From the NCBI RefSeq assembly GCF_001194135.2, contig NC_068982.1:15016338-15070293 (forward strand): a stretch of DNA of 53,956 nucleotides. Reading direction: 5' to 3'. The translations under genes and the position numbers were made by a program. A model generated the notes under the pieces. That model did not search any database. It had not been told where the DNA came from and was given only the letters and a program-made list of their open reading frames with translations. Source of the stretch: Octopus bimaculoides. Taxonomy: Eukaryota. Positions 36,756 to 50,400 of the stretch are shown here, piece after piece (the first letter of the stretch is position 1; each line of letters begins with the position of its first letter).

Positions 36756-38277
36756 ATATTGTAATACAAGACTTTGAGCAGGTGTGTAACACACCAACCT
36801 GGCTCATTACCTTGCTTCTTTCTTTCTTTTTGTTTTAATACAGTGCATTTGATGGAGGTTTGAGTTGGTTCAGTTTCAGTCATGAAGAAAATCGGGGTTG
36901 AAGTCAGGCCACAGATTTAGCTTACCAAATGAATATGATATTGAACTACTACTGATAGGTCTTAAGCTAATGTCACTACTGAAGTCATTTTGTATTTGTC
37001 CTGTCCACTGCTGCTTTAATCACTGTATCATAATATCAACCAGACTATCGGATGTTGTTATACATCACTGGCCACTATGCACTTCACATTATTTTAGCTT
37101 TTGGATGATGCCACTCTGCTAGTTAGGTGATCAAGCCAGCTACTTTAATAGGTAACAAAATATTTGAAATATATTTGGTTTCCTGGTCTTTAGATTGCTG
37201 ACCTAATTCTTCATCAATTTGAACATCTTACTGTTATTCCTTTCCACAGACAAGTAATTTATCCTTCATGCACTTAATACCAAAGAGAAGTGGGGTCTCA
37301 GCACTACATGGTTGATTACCTCTCAATAAACTAGTTTCCTAATGACTGATAGAGGTGGGTTGATCCGAGTAGACATGGTGTTCAATGATTGGCTCACAGT
37401 TCATGAGTTGGATTCTATTGCTTGCATCCCACTACGTTTCTAAAGAGAATAACTTATCTTACATTTTACATTTCCAAAGTTCACCTAGCTCTAAGGATTA
37501 TCCACCAGATCGTTCTGTCCAGGGGAAGATTAATTTTTCATCTGTGTTTACGCTATAAAACTGGAATTAAACACTAGATTTTAAAAGCCTTTGAAGCTTT
37601 AGAATCTCTTTCAATTATATAATGCTTATCATCATTAATCTCCCTACAGCCCTCCAATTAGAAATTTCTTTTTTTAAAGTAGCTGAAATTATTTTTATCT
37701 ATTTTTAAAAAATCTTACCTTTATTTTTTATTATTTATTTTAATAAAATAGATTTTAAATGTTTCTTGAAATTTGTTGATGTCATAAGAATAAATAAGCT
37801 TTCAAGAGAACAAGATAATTCTGTTTTAGAACAGCGGATTTCAAAATACATAAAGTATGCAAATATTTGGTTGTAAAGACCTTTTTGGATAGAAAATGTC
37901 TTTCTCTCAAAATGGGTTTTTCAGCTCAATACTTACATTCTATCAACCCTTTCAATACCAACCCAGCCGAAACCATGTCTCAGTGTAAATGGCTTTAAAG
38001 TAATTTGGATAAATAAAATTAAAATTTCACATTGGTTTTGTGCATATAAATATATGTCATCAATTTTGGGGGTTCAAATTTTACAACTTAACAGAATTCT
38101 ACAGACTGCATTGCAGTGTAATATAAATTCTGAAGTGTTTTAAATTAAAACTAATGAATGCTCTTATTTTTTATCACAGTGCAGTGTTTTTAATTGTCAT
38201 TGTTTAGTGCATGAATAAATTATATTTCCTTAAATTGTATTATGTTCAATCAATACTGTAAGCGCCTCATAACTGTA

Positions 38278-38308
<31 letters not shown>

Positions 38309-38799
38309 AGCTAGCTATGTTTGCATGCATGTGTGCATATATTACATTTTACATACAGCTTGCAGTGCAAGATATTTCCTTCGTAGCTATCACCCAGATA
38401 CCACAACACATTCGACATATTCATACAGAATTGCTCCTTCCATTGGTGCCAACCAGCATTGCTACTATCAGGGATCATCCAGGTTCTTGCTTGATTTATC
38501 CTTCTGATGGTGTAAAGCACTCTTGGTGGTGCCATATAGAAGGGCCCATGTGACACCACATGAAACTGCCTGTGCAATGTCATGTAAAAACACCACATTT
38601 TTCTACCTATTACTTATACAACCACATCACCAAATCACATGTAGCTGCTACCATGCAGCAATTATTTTGTTTTAATACTTGCTGAAAGTTTGTTATTCAC
38701 TCCCACCTTAGGTCATTTTCTCATATCTCCCACATATCTCTGCCATTTATATGGTGTTTTCTGTCTTTCTCTGTTTCTCTCTTATGACAATGCTAGTCA

Positions 38800-39126
38800 T
38801 CATCATCATCATTTAACATCTGTTGTCCATGCTGGCATGGGTTGGATGGTGTGACCAAAGCTGGGGAGCTGCACCAAACTCCAATCTGGTTTAGCATGGT
38901 TTCTACAGCTGAATTGCCTCCTTAATGCCAACCACTTTACAGAATGTGCTGGGTGCTTTTATGTGGCCCTGCATGAATGCTTTTACATGGCATCACATGG
39001 GCACTTTTATGTGGCACCACACCGGTGCTTTTATGTGGTACCTTTACATGACATTGCACTGGCACTTTTACATGGCACCACCAAGAGTGCTTTACACCAC
39101 CAGAAGGATAAATCAAGCAAGATACC
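38800..39126 (-). mobile_element. SINE family B with 22-bp minisatellite expansion
   Basis: (cat)n-ttaacatc start and repeated ggtgcttttatgtggcaccac units. Confidence 0.65.
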
Positions 39127-41499
39127 CAAAATATTTCACCTTCACTGGAAGACGATTTACAGACATACCTCTTAAAGTCTGTCAGAACTTCCTTTCATGT
39201 GACCACTTGTTATGACCTTCCCAGTGCATCTTTAATCTCACAGCCAGTATATCTAGATCACATAGCATTAACATGTGTGTTGTAGTTGGCCTGTAGACTT
39301 CCCAAGTCACAATATTAGATTATACCAGGATGATGGATTAGCCATATTACACTATTGAAATACCCACATTCTTGATACTTCAGAAAAAAATCTCAAAACT
39401 GGTTTTAAGAACAAAGGCCTTAAAATTATAGTAACCATTTACTGAATTAAAACTGACTTTATAAATGCATCCATGGAGTGAGATTCCAATACATAAAAGC
39501 TAATGAAAAATTTAGATACATAAATAAGCATATCTACCACCTCAGCCTTTGTGTTTAAAAATCTTATATCCAGTATTAGTATGAGAATCTCTAATCTCTG
39601 CACTTCTAAGGTTAACTTCAATAAGGCAGCCCTTTGTAAAATAGAACTCTGGCAGATAGTGGCTTCAAGGAAAATATCTCATGAAAAATGCACAGCACTC
39701 AATCAGAATCCGGGAATAGACCCAGAAAGATGCAGTCCTTTTTCTCATACGGAGATACTGACACCTGTTGGATCAGGTGTGCAATATGAAGTCAGTAATC
39801 AAACCAGTCAATAATAAGAAAAGTTACGTAAGCAAGTGTGAGATGGCATTCTAGGAAAGAACTTGCCATTGGATGTCATCCTTCAAACACATTAACAAAA
39901 GGAATTCCATGTTGCTAACCAACCACATCTGGAAAATGAGAGACCAGAAATTTGACTGCTAATTGGAGGGTGCTCAAAAGATCAAAGCCATGCATAAATG
40001 TATAGAGAAAATGCTGTTTTTGTGCATTGGAGAGAACACATATCCAGACTAAATCAGAGATCTGGAAGATTTCTAAGTTTCACAAATGAGATTTTTTCAC
40101 CAAGTGTTTCCATGTGGATAAATTCATCCTTTTAAATTGGAAAAACCCACCCATGCTGGATAAGGAATACTGCATCCTACAGGTTCAGCTGAAAATATCT
40201 TTCATGTTCTACTTCCTTTTTTCACTCTTCTCGATATTTTACTCTCCCACATGCAAACCAAGCCACCACTCTACAGACATTTCGTCAATCCTAGAGCTAT
40301 GTATATCAAGATGTAACTCAACATTTAAACTTAAAACCTTTTTCCTTTGCCCCTCAAACATACGTCAACATTCCGATATAGACACACTGCTAACTTGAAC
40401 CTTTACAAGCATTCCATAAACCTATGCTTAAAAATGTTCTCCTAAAGACTAAAGCTAGTCTTCAACATATAAATCCAATATAATTTTTGACCAACGGACA
40501 TAACAGTTTCTGTAAATCTAAGTTATTACCCTACCGCATATTTATACTTCCTCACAAATACCATATTTTTTCAAAATATCCCAAAATACCGTCAGCCATG
40601 TTCTGTGGTAATCACTCTGGTAATTTCTTCTATGATTTTTCTAATATGTAAAGTCAAAGAGACAGGGCTATACTTTTTAGCATCTCTTCTAACCAATAAG
40701 CCTGTTTATCATTGGAAAAAATTACAGAGGACTCATTCAGGCTAGTTACTAAATTTAAATTTAATTTTATGTATGGCCAATTTCACATTTTCTTCCTTTA
40801 TGTACATTTAATCAATGGTTGCTGCTTCCCTGTGTAAGGCTGTTGTTTCAAACAATTCATCTGGATTACTTATTTTCATGTCCCAACCATGAGGTGAAAA
40901 CACTTTCGAAATGCTCATTAAATATTTCATTTACACAACAATAACAATGATAATTATAGCAGTAATATCAACCACAGTCCAAACAGCCACTGTCGCACGT
41001 GAGTGAATATTTTTGTTTGCAATCTGAGCTTTTTACATAAATCCATCAATCCAGTAACTTTATAGGCCTACTCAGTCTGCAAGCATAGAGGATGCATATT
41101 CTGCATAATTGTTCCAGAAATTGTACATCCTCAGAGGTCTTCCACAGTTTTTGGCTAGCAGTTCCATTCACAAAGTATTGTTATTAGAACAGGTAGACGA
41201 AAGCTACCTATACTGAAGCTTTAGTAGAAGAAACTTGACCAAGGGGACAGAAAGTGAAATAGAAACCAACAACAAATGGGTAATGAAACGAATTCCATGT
41301 CCAGTTAAGTCTGCGACTGTTGCATCAGGAAAATGGATCTTTTCTTCTTGGCTGCACCTGTGGAAATTTTAAAATTTGGTGTGTTGATGTAATTTTCAGT
41401 GCTGAACCTCAGGGGATATTTAACTTTTTCCAGAAAAATTTTTTTGAAAAGTTACAGAGGTTTAAAATTTGATAATTTTTAACCAATCAAGAAACAGGA

Positions 41500-41748
41500 T
41501 TTGTGCGTGACTACATGTGTTGTCAACTGTAAACTCCAAATGTAAACAAATGAAATACTGGTGGAATTCTACTTCACACACGCCATACAACCCCTCGTAA
41601 TTTAAAAAAATTTTTTGGAACATTTAAGAAAATTTTTGCAAATTTTTATTCTACGCACTGGAATTCATACAATTATGCAAAAACCAAAACGAAAACATTT
41701 TCAGTGCATGATTTAAGGCCTACTTAGTTGTAATTTTTAGCACATCTC
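41500..41748 (+). repeat. Dispersed repeat, copy 1 (direct copy at 43258-43505)
   Basis: Shares catgtgttgtcaactgtaaac..aaatgaaatactgg..cacgccatacaacccctcgtaattt..aaaaaccaaaacgaaaacattttcagtg..tttagcacatctca with 43258-43505. Confidence 0.8.
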
Positions 41749-43257
41749 ATGATCAACTCATGACTCATGTTTTAAGCATTTAATAAGCGAAAAGTGGCCA
41801 CGTGGCTTGACAGGACCACAACAGAGGGGTAAACAGCTTGGTAACATCTTAGCTTGTTACTATGGAAACAGGCACCTATATGTCTGTGGCTTTTGATTGG
41901 CTAAAATTACGCAAAATTTGCAAACTTTAAAAGCTATTAATTCATTATTTATTGATTTATGGCAAAAATGAAGGATCCAGTTAAACTGATTCACAAAATC
42001 AGATAATTTGACATTATTTTAAAATTCTGCATGCAAAAACATATAAGATACGGGTATTCTTCTTCTTGGGACAAATTCTTTGTTGACCAATGTTATTCTC
42101 ATCGTAGTTTACAAATCCAAGCATGAAAACGTTACTCAACTTTGGAGTTTTGGAGACAGATGTCCCATTTTCACACACACACACATACACACATGAATGC
42201 ATAAATGTACATATAAACTTATATTTGAATACATACATCCACATGCACCTATAATATATTAATGATGTACACAAATACATGACAGGTATACATAATACTG
42301 AAATATGCATAAAGTAAACACACGTAGACAAATATATTAATATAGCAAATTTTTTTTAAATAATAAAAATATACAAAACACTATAGAAATAAATGAAGCG
42401 ACAAAAGAAACAATAAGATGATACATGTTGATTTTATTAGGTATTCCTGTTTATTTAGAAACCTACAATGAACAGGTCTTTTCACAGATGTTTTACTATA
42501 AATTTCATAGGGTACAACCTTAAAGTTGAGTCTGCTAAACACAGGAAATTTCTCTCACTATTGGCTAAAAATACTTTTTTTTTTTTTTAATTTTTATTTT
42601 TATACCTCTGTAACTTTTTCCTCCAATTTTTTCTCCACAACATCATACCTTCATAGCAATAGGAGTGGAAAACTACATTAATAAAGCTGATTTTCAGATT
42701 TTTTACTTCCTTTTACAAAATGCAGATCTTGTGAATCAGTTTAACTGGATCTAAAATGAATTTTACGTCAACGATTACCATACAAAACTATACCAAAAGA
42801 CCCAATATGAAATCAACTGGAACAAAAATTAAAGAAATTGAAAAGTAGCTGCCAAACTAAAAAGATGTAATTTTTCTTTTTACAACTTCTTCCTGTGTAA
42901 TCTTAATCAATGTAATCTAAAATATATCACTGGAAAATTTCATTAAAAAATACAGATTTTAAAGAATGTTATGGATACACTTCTTTCATCATACTCATTT
43001 ATCATTCCCACCTTAATTATCAAGCAAAGGCAAATTTTAAACATTTCCCACCTGCATAAGGAGGGAGCATCTTCCTTTCTTATGCCTTTGCTGTGGATGT
43101 TATTGTCTCGTCCAATGGCATGTCTTACTTTGTGAAAAAATACCTTCTAGTGCAATCTTTGAATATTTGTAGAAGTGAGTATCGAATTCCAAATAAAATA
43201 CATAGTCAAAGAATATAAGTTAAGTTCAATTATATTTAAAAAAATAGGGGACTCATT

Positions 43258-43505
43258 TTGTTCGTGACGGCATGTGTTGTCAACTGTAAACCCTAGCCCA
43301 AACCAAATGAAATACTGGCGGAATTCTGCTTTACGCACGCCATACAACCCCTCGTAATTTTTTTTTATTTTGGAGGATTTTTAGAAAATGTTTACAAATT
43401 TGTATTCTACACACGGGAATTCATACAATTATTCAAAAACCAAAACGAAAACATTTTCAGTGCGTGATTTAAGGCCTATTTAGTTGTTATCTTTAGCACA
43501 TCTCA
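43258..43505 (+). repeat. Dispersed repeat, copy 2
   Basis: Collinear with 41500-41748, roughly 80% identical by eye. Confidence 0.8.
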
Positions 43506-43741
43506 GCTGTCGCAGGGAATAAAACATTTAAAGTCTTCAGGACCCCTGGCCTTCGTATGAAAGTGAGAAAAAAGAAAAAGTGATGGGGGGGGGGCAACTA
43601 ATTAAATGTCGTCACCAGTTCTACCAAGTAATAAATCCCTATTAAACGTTGAGTATTTTATTACATAGTTATCTAGATCAGTGGATATATGGAATGAATG
43701 GAACATCAGAGAAAACACTGCAATATTTCTTCTACTTCTAA

Positions 43742-43905
43742 GGCGGCGAGCGGGCAGAAGCGTTAGCATGCTGAGCAAAATTCGATTTAACCTTTCATCC
43801 TTTCGGGGTCGAAAAAATAAATACCTGTTGAACACTGGGGTAGATGTAATCGACTGATCTTGTCCTCGAAATTGCTGGTCGTGTACTAAAATTTGAAACC
43901 ATAAT
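43742..43905 (+). mobile_element. Internally deleted family C SINE just upstream of the CFAP46 promoter
   Basis: aggcggcgagcgggcagaagcgttagc head and ctttcatcctttcggggtcga body. Confidence 0.7.
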
Positions 43906-44149
43906 TTCTTCTGGTTCTTTACGATTTGAATTTAAAAAGAAAACTTCAAATGTATTAATATATCAGGTAATTGCCACATTTTAACCTGTTCTAATTATAT
44001 CATTATCGTTCCATTTATTTACATTCCTCGTCATCTTGTAAAGTTTCGCCAATAAGGAGATTTAGATGTTTATTTTATTCTTTTTCGCGACACCTTGAAT
44101 TCCAGATTTTATTTCATGGTTTTTATTTTAACATCGGTCTTACTCAGGG

Positions 44150-44215
44150 GACGTCACTTCAAACGCCTTCGTTACATAGCAACAAAGAGTTAGCTGCCCT
44201 TCCATGTAAACAAAA
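44150..44215 (+). promoter_or_regulatory. Ciliary-gene promoter module: CRE-like GACGTCA, RFX X-box GTTACATAGCAAC, forkhead GTAAACAAAA
   Basis: Motifs at 44150-44156, 44171-44183 and 44206-44215, 215-280 nt upstream of the CFAP46 ATG, in a locally CpG-richer patch. Confidence 0.7.
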
Positions 44216-44428
44216 GTACTCGACGCTCAACAAGTCAGATTATTGAAACTTTAAATTATTTGATTGTGTCTGAGTATGAAGTTGTTCGAAAGCTGATATT
44301 TATTTTTCATTTCATTTAAAGTTTAGCAAAAGTAGGTGATTAATTTTATTTTATTTTATTGCTGTAAAAGGATTTGTTTATATTTTTACTATTAATTCAA
44401 TGTCACATGAAATTTAGGAACGATCAAA

Positions 44429-47400
44429 ATGGATGTAGAAGTAAAATATTTGATGGATTATGTATCGAACTGTAACGATATAGAAGAATGTCAAAAATAC
44501 ATTCGGAGAGCCTTTGATATAATTTTGCAAATAGATCACTTACAGTTTACAACAGATCTTCCACATGCAACATCAACCAACATTTTAATACAATGCTCCG
44601 ATTTGGCTATTAAGAATGCTGCTTATGATATTGCAGAGGAATGTCTCAATCTCTTTTTTACGAGAGCAGTTGCAACTGATCCCAATAGATGTGTGGCATA
44701 TTTATATATGGCGCAGTTATCGGCACCTACGAATATTTTTGATACTTCACATTTAGAAAAAGCGGGACAACATATCACGAGAGCAATCAACTTAGCCGTT
44801 AAAAATCCCGCTTTGCAGAATGAAATCTATAACGCTTCATTACTTTATTGGAGGTTATGCCATCCATTTTTGCGTCCCGGTTTCTACCAATACGTCGTAA
44901 ACACTTTACATGTTATTGTCAAAGCTATTAATGATCTGATCGACATTAACTATAACTGGAAAGCGATATTGTTCATAACGCTTATTGAAATGTATTTAAA
45001 AACTGGCAGGAAATCTGAAGCTGTTGAAATTGCTAAAACAGCAATTGTTTTTGTTAAAAAATATGCTTTACCTTTCTTTAAAAGAATATTTGAACTTATT
45101 GTTCGTTATCAACTGGTTGATTCCATTATCAACCAAGCACAAATTAAAAATTCGCCTGAGCTGCTTATTTTTTACACTATAATGAAGTTGAATTACACTT
45201 CTGAAACTAAAGACATCCGCAGAGAAATAAATAAGGTAATGGTGCAGCTTAACATAGCAGCTCAAAGTAGTGATAACTTTGGATATGTTGAAGAGTCAGC
45301 TCACATTAGCACGTCTCCTCGTGAAGGCAAGAAAAGGACTCCTAGGGACCTTATCAGACATAAATCTCGATATGTTTCAGAAGACAATTTAGAGCGACAA
45401 TACTTATTACTTGAGTTGACACGTCTGTGTCTAAAGTATAATTTAGTACCATATGCACAAAAGTGTATTCAAGCAGCTAAGAAATCTTCCAATTATAAGA
45501 AAGGGTTTTACACTCAGTTTAAGTTTGCAGAAAGTGAAATAATGGTAAAATTACTTGGTGTCAACCAAGAATCCTATAGCAGAAAATCAGTTAAAATTCG
45601 ATTAAAAGCAATAAAACTTTGTGAAGAAAACATTACCATAGCTATGCAACAGCATGATGCTCATTCTGTACAGTGTGGATGTGTCACTCTGTGGAATCTT
45701 TCTCTTCCATTATTGCAGTCAAATTTACGTTGTCATTTATCTAAACCATTAACATTGGTTGCACAGGCACTTGAAGACATTCAGAGTCTATTTATTCAAC
45801 TTCGGTGCCAGGTTCATCGAGAATTAGCATTGTGTGAGGAAAAGGAACATATAAAAATTGCCATAAGCCACTTAAAAAAAGCTATTGCTCTGGATGGTTC
45901 AAAAGTGTATCACAATCAACTGAGTTTGAAATTGAACCGCTTGACATTACTATCAGAGATGTATTTCAACCCTGACAATCCAGAGGATATTGCTGGAAAG
46001 ATCATTGAACAGGCTCGAGAGGTAAAATCACTTGGAACAAAGGAAGGTATGCGGGCCCTTCTTATAAAAGCAGGAATCACATTGGCACCAGATGCATTCC
46101 AAACAGTTCTTGATAGTGAAAGTTTGCTTTATGAAAAGGTCAAGCTTTCACCAAATACGACAGATCAGCTTGCTGAACGTGTTCAAAAATATAATGCTAA
46201 TATAAAAAAAATTGATGGTCATTTACTTAGAATTGGAGACAGATGTGATTATATTCGGATGCATCTTTGGGCAGATTTATCAAAGGTTGCTCGGAAGCAT
46301 GGTGCTTGGGATGTATGCCGTACAGCAGCCATGTTTTGTCTTCTTTATGATGACAATAGATGGCTAGCAGCATACAAAGATGTTAGTGTTACTGCTACAG
46401 AATGCAGTTCAGCTGACAGTACATTGAAATCTGAAGAGAATATGGAAGAAATTTCAACTTCCAGAAAGAAAAAAAGTACGATTGATAAATTGCCCCTCAG
46501 TGAACGGGAACATGTTCGTCTTTTAGCAGAGATCAACTTTATTCAAGGAGAAGCTTGTTTAAACTTGCTTTACCAAGAAAACGTAAAACTAAATGATTTG
46601 CCAGTTTATCCTCAAGATTATAGCAAACATGGTAAAAATTATGAAGCAGCTGATCCAGCTGAAGACAAAGACTGGGAACTATACTGCCAGTGGATTCAGC
46701 AAATGAATTCCAAAATTACTTCTAGTTTTCTTCGAGGTCTTATTCTTGGATACAACCTGAATGACAGTTATATTGTTGGTAATGCTGCTACTTATCTTTG
46801 GAATTACAACCTCCATATTATTGAACAAAATCGTCAATCTGAAATTGTTGGTTGTTTTGCAACTCTTTTGGAAGGTATGCAAAAAGTTGATTATAGTGAA
46901 TTTATTATCTTACTTATAAATATCTGTATAAATTTGGCTACAGGACTTATGATGCCATGGATGCCTTCAATTCCAGATAGAAATACTGAATCACCAATTC
47001 GACTTTATGCATATCCAGAAAAATCTAATGTGCCAAAAACTCAATCAAAACTTCCACTGGTGTTAATTCCACCTCAAGCTTTACCTGATCTGAAAAGAGC
47101 CATAGAAGTTTGTGAATATGCTATTGATATTACTAATAAAAAAAAGCAAATTTTTTCCATACCTTTACCTATAAAAGCCTCATTGTTAAAAACTTGGGTC
47201 ATAGCTAAGCAAATGTCCCAACAGCAGATTAACAGGAATTCAATTAGAGATGATGATCCTGAGAAACAATTATCACAAATTATTGTTGATATAGAAATGT
47301 ATACACACACAAAAAATGGGGTTATGGAATTCAAAGACCTATTGCCATTGCCAAACTTAGTTACCACTGTACTGAAACATCACTGGAGAGATGATTTCCT

Positions 47401-50400
47401 TAAACTACAGCTGTGCACTCAATTAGCTGAAATTCTCTATAACTATAAAAATTATGAGCTTGTGATAAAAATTGCAAAAGCAGTGACAGCTTCATATTTG
47501 ACAGAAACATCTGTCGTTTGTGCAAAAGAGAGGACTGGAAGTGGCATAAATAATAACCACATAGAAGAAAAAGTTAGTTATTTGTTTCTTTTGATGGGCC
47601 AAAGTACGACTGAAAATATGGAAGGGCAAACTGATAGGTGGGAAGCTATAAATAATTTTATAAAAGCTGCAGAGTTTTCCATTCCATCACATAACTATCA
47701 CATTTTGATGAAAGCTGCCAAAAATTATTGGAATACAATTCTACCTTTGATTAATATTAGCTCTGAAAGAAAATCTCTGAAAGCATCTCTTCAAGAAATT
47801 CTTTCCTATATATCCAAAGTCACAAACAAAATCACAGAGTTAAACAGTATTGAAAAAACCAATTCCTATGTGCCTGATCCTAACCGAATCACATTTTATG
47901 GCTACATTGGGAGAAATTGGGAGAGTGACCCTGTTCTGATTAATGATAATGATGATGACCAGAAGCTCCAGGTCTCTTTATATAATGTCTTATGTGATAG
48001 CTATGAAGACAGCAATGACTGGAAAACGGTTATTAAAATCCTCAACACTGCCATAGCTGACCTGCCACACAGTTATCATAAAATTCAGTTATTCAGACGA
48101 AGAATTATGGTCAAAGCAAAATTAGGCGAAAACATGTTAATGGATCTCCAAAGATTTCGAGATGAGAAAGAAGATTTTGTTGCAGTGATGTGGCGAGACA
48201 TAGCTTTACACAGCAATAAATTATCAGAACAGTGTATTGCATATCAAAAAGCAATTGAAAGTCTGTCGAGTAAAGAATACAACTGGCAGAAAATTGATTA
48301 TCTCCTTGAATTCAGTGAGTGGCTTTATACATACCAAATGCCTGAACAAATTGTTGTGGATCAAATAGAATGGGCTATAGATATTCTTATGAGCATGACT
48401 CCTGAAATAAACAGAGAAAACCTAGGAAATAAAACACCAAGGATTAGTGCTTTTCAATTTGTAGAGGACACTACTCTTCAAGACACTGAAAATCTTCCTA
48501 ATTCCAACATTAATGAAAATGTTGAGCAGAGGGACGTTCATTTTTATGTTCCTCAGGAGAAAGAAATTATTATTGGAGCTCCACTTCAAGACTGTACTGA
48601 AGCTACAGGAAGAATGAACAATGTGAAACAACTGAATTATTTGATCAAAAGTTATGTGTTTTTATGTGCAATTTACACTCCTGCATCTCCTTTTTATCAA
48701 AAATATTCTCTCTTTGCTTACTCACTTACAATAAGGCTGTGGCAAGTGTGCATTGCTGCTGCATTAAACTTTTATTTAGAAGTCCCAAAGACCAATTCAG
48801 TTAATGTTAAAGACTCTGCAGTCTCAAACAAAATTGATGGAACATCAAAACAAAAGGTAAAAGACAAGAAAGAAAAAAACGAAAACTGTATATCTCCAAC
48901 AAAAGAAAAGAATAAAAAGAAATTCTTAAGCACTAATGTTTCTTCTCTGACTTCAGAAGAATGGGCTGTGTTTGAAGTACCATGTGATTTAGAAGAAATT
49001 TTTACCCATCAAAGTTTAGAGACTACAGGAATTAATGAAAAAACCTTCCCTGCTCCAATGATAAGCTTGTATTACTTTGATAAATTGGTAACTAATCTTC
49101 AAAATATTGGGTTTCACCATTTAACTTTACCAGTGTTAGCTTTGAACCATATCATAGCCTCATTTGTAGCACATTCTAAATCCTTTGTTCTTTATACTCA
49201 TTGTAAAAGAATGGAATTGTGTGCTGAACTCAATTTGCCACAGTGTTCTTCCTTCCATGAAAACGCCATCAATCAGGTGTCTGGTATTGCTCCTAATGAG
49301 TTGATTGAAATAAGAGAGAAATTTTATGAATACGTTCAAGAAAGGAATAACTATTGTAATAGATCAGACATTTCATCGGAAGCAGAAAACGAAAAGCTAC
49401 TTCACAAATGTCATTTAGGGCATTATTTTCAAGACACTTTTGTCTACCAAATTTGGACAAAGACTGCTGAAGCATTGATCGAGCAAACACATTACCAGCT
49501 TGCCAGGAAATACTTAAGTGAGGCCTATAAGTTTGCTGTGGGTTTCAAAGATATATTCTACCAAGGAAAATTATGCTTTTTAAAAGCCAAACTTGCTTCT
49601 GTTGAAGCTCAATACAAAGATGCATTTGATTTATGTATGAAAGCTGAAGATATCATGGTTGGTGATATGGAATATTGGTATGAAATAGCAATGTTAAAAA
49701 CTGATGCTGCTCTTCACACTTTTCCTAAAAATGGATATGAATTTGTTGAACAGTTTCTACAAAGAATCATTAAAGAATTTGAAAAGTTATCTTTGATCAG
49801 ACCAAACCAAGCTCTCGGTTATCGTTATACAATTGCTTTAATTCAAGCCAAACTTGGTGAAGTTCAAATTAAATACTATATAGGCCGATATAATGACCTT
49901 CCTTTGGCTCCTCTACAAGAAGTATTTCAGTCACCACTGAATTATTTTAATATTTCAACTGAATTTCTTCTCAAGCATAAGTATACAAAAGCTGCTGTCA
50001 AAGTCATGCATAACCATGCCAAATTACTACATCAAATTGCTCTGGCAACCACAAATGACACTAACAGTTTGCAGTTATATTATCTACATTCTGTAAAGGT
50101 CTTTACTCAAGCCATAGAACATGCTCGAGCTATATTTTATGATATAATGATGATACTTCCTAAAGATTTTAATTTAAGCTTACCTATTCATCGAGAATTG
50201 TCTAATTTGCAGAGAAGTTGTGCTGAAGTTATGGTTGAAATCCAAACAATCCAAACAAATCATGAAATTGAAAAAATACAGAAGCATCAACATGATATTG
50301 AAAGGATAAAACTAGAAGAGGAGTTTATCAACAAATCTCCTGATTGTTTGGAAACTGAGAAAGAATGGAAAAGAAGCAGGCAGTGGATTGCTAATGAAAT

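Noticed and set aside
39440-41340. GC-richer, repeat-poor stretch as a pseudogene or exon set
   Set aside because: All frames I read contain stops and resemble no family I recognise. A BLASTX would be needed.
42428-42495. Possible decayed hammerhead (ACAUGU-A palindrome, CUGUGAA) on the minus strand
   Set aside because: Both core strands are too degenerate to call.
45-43835. The many 60-150 aa ORFs rich in YI, HT, CV, D/M/H runs or X
   Set aside because: They are translations of microsatellites, SINEs and N gaps. None has protein-like content.
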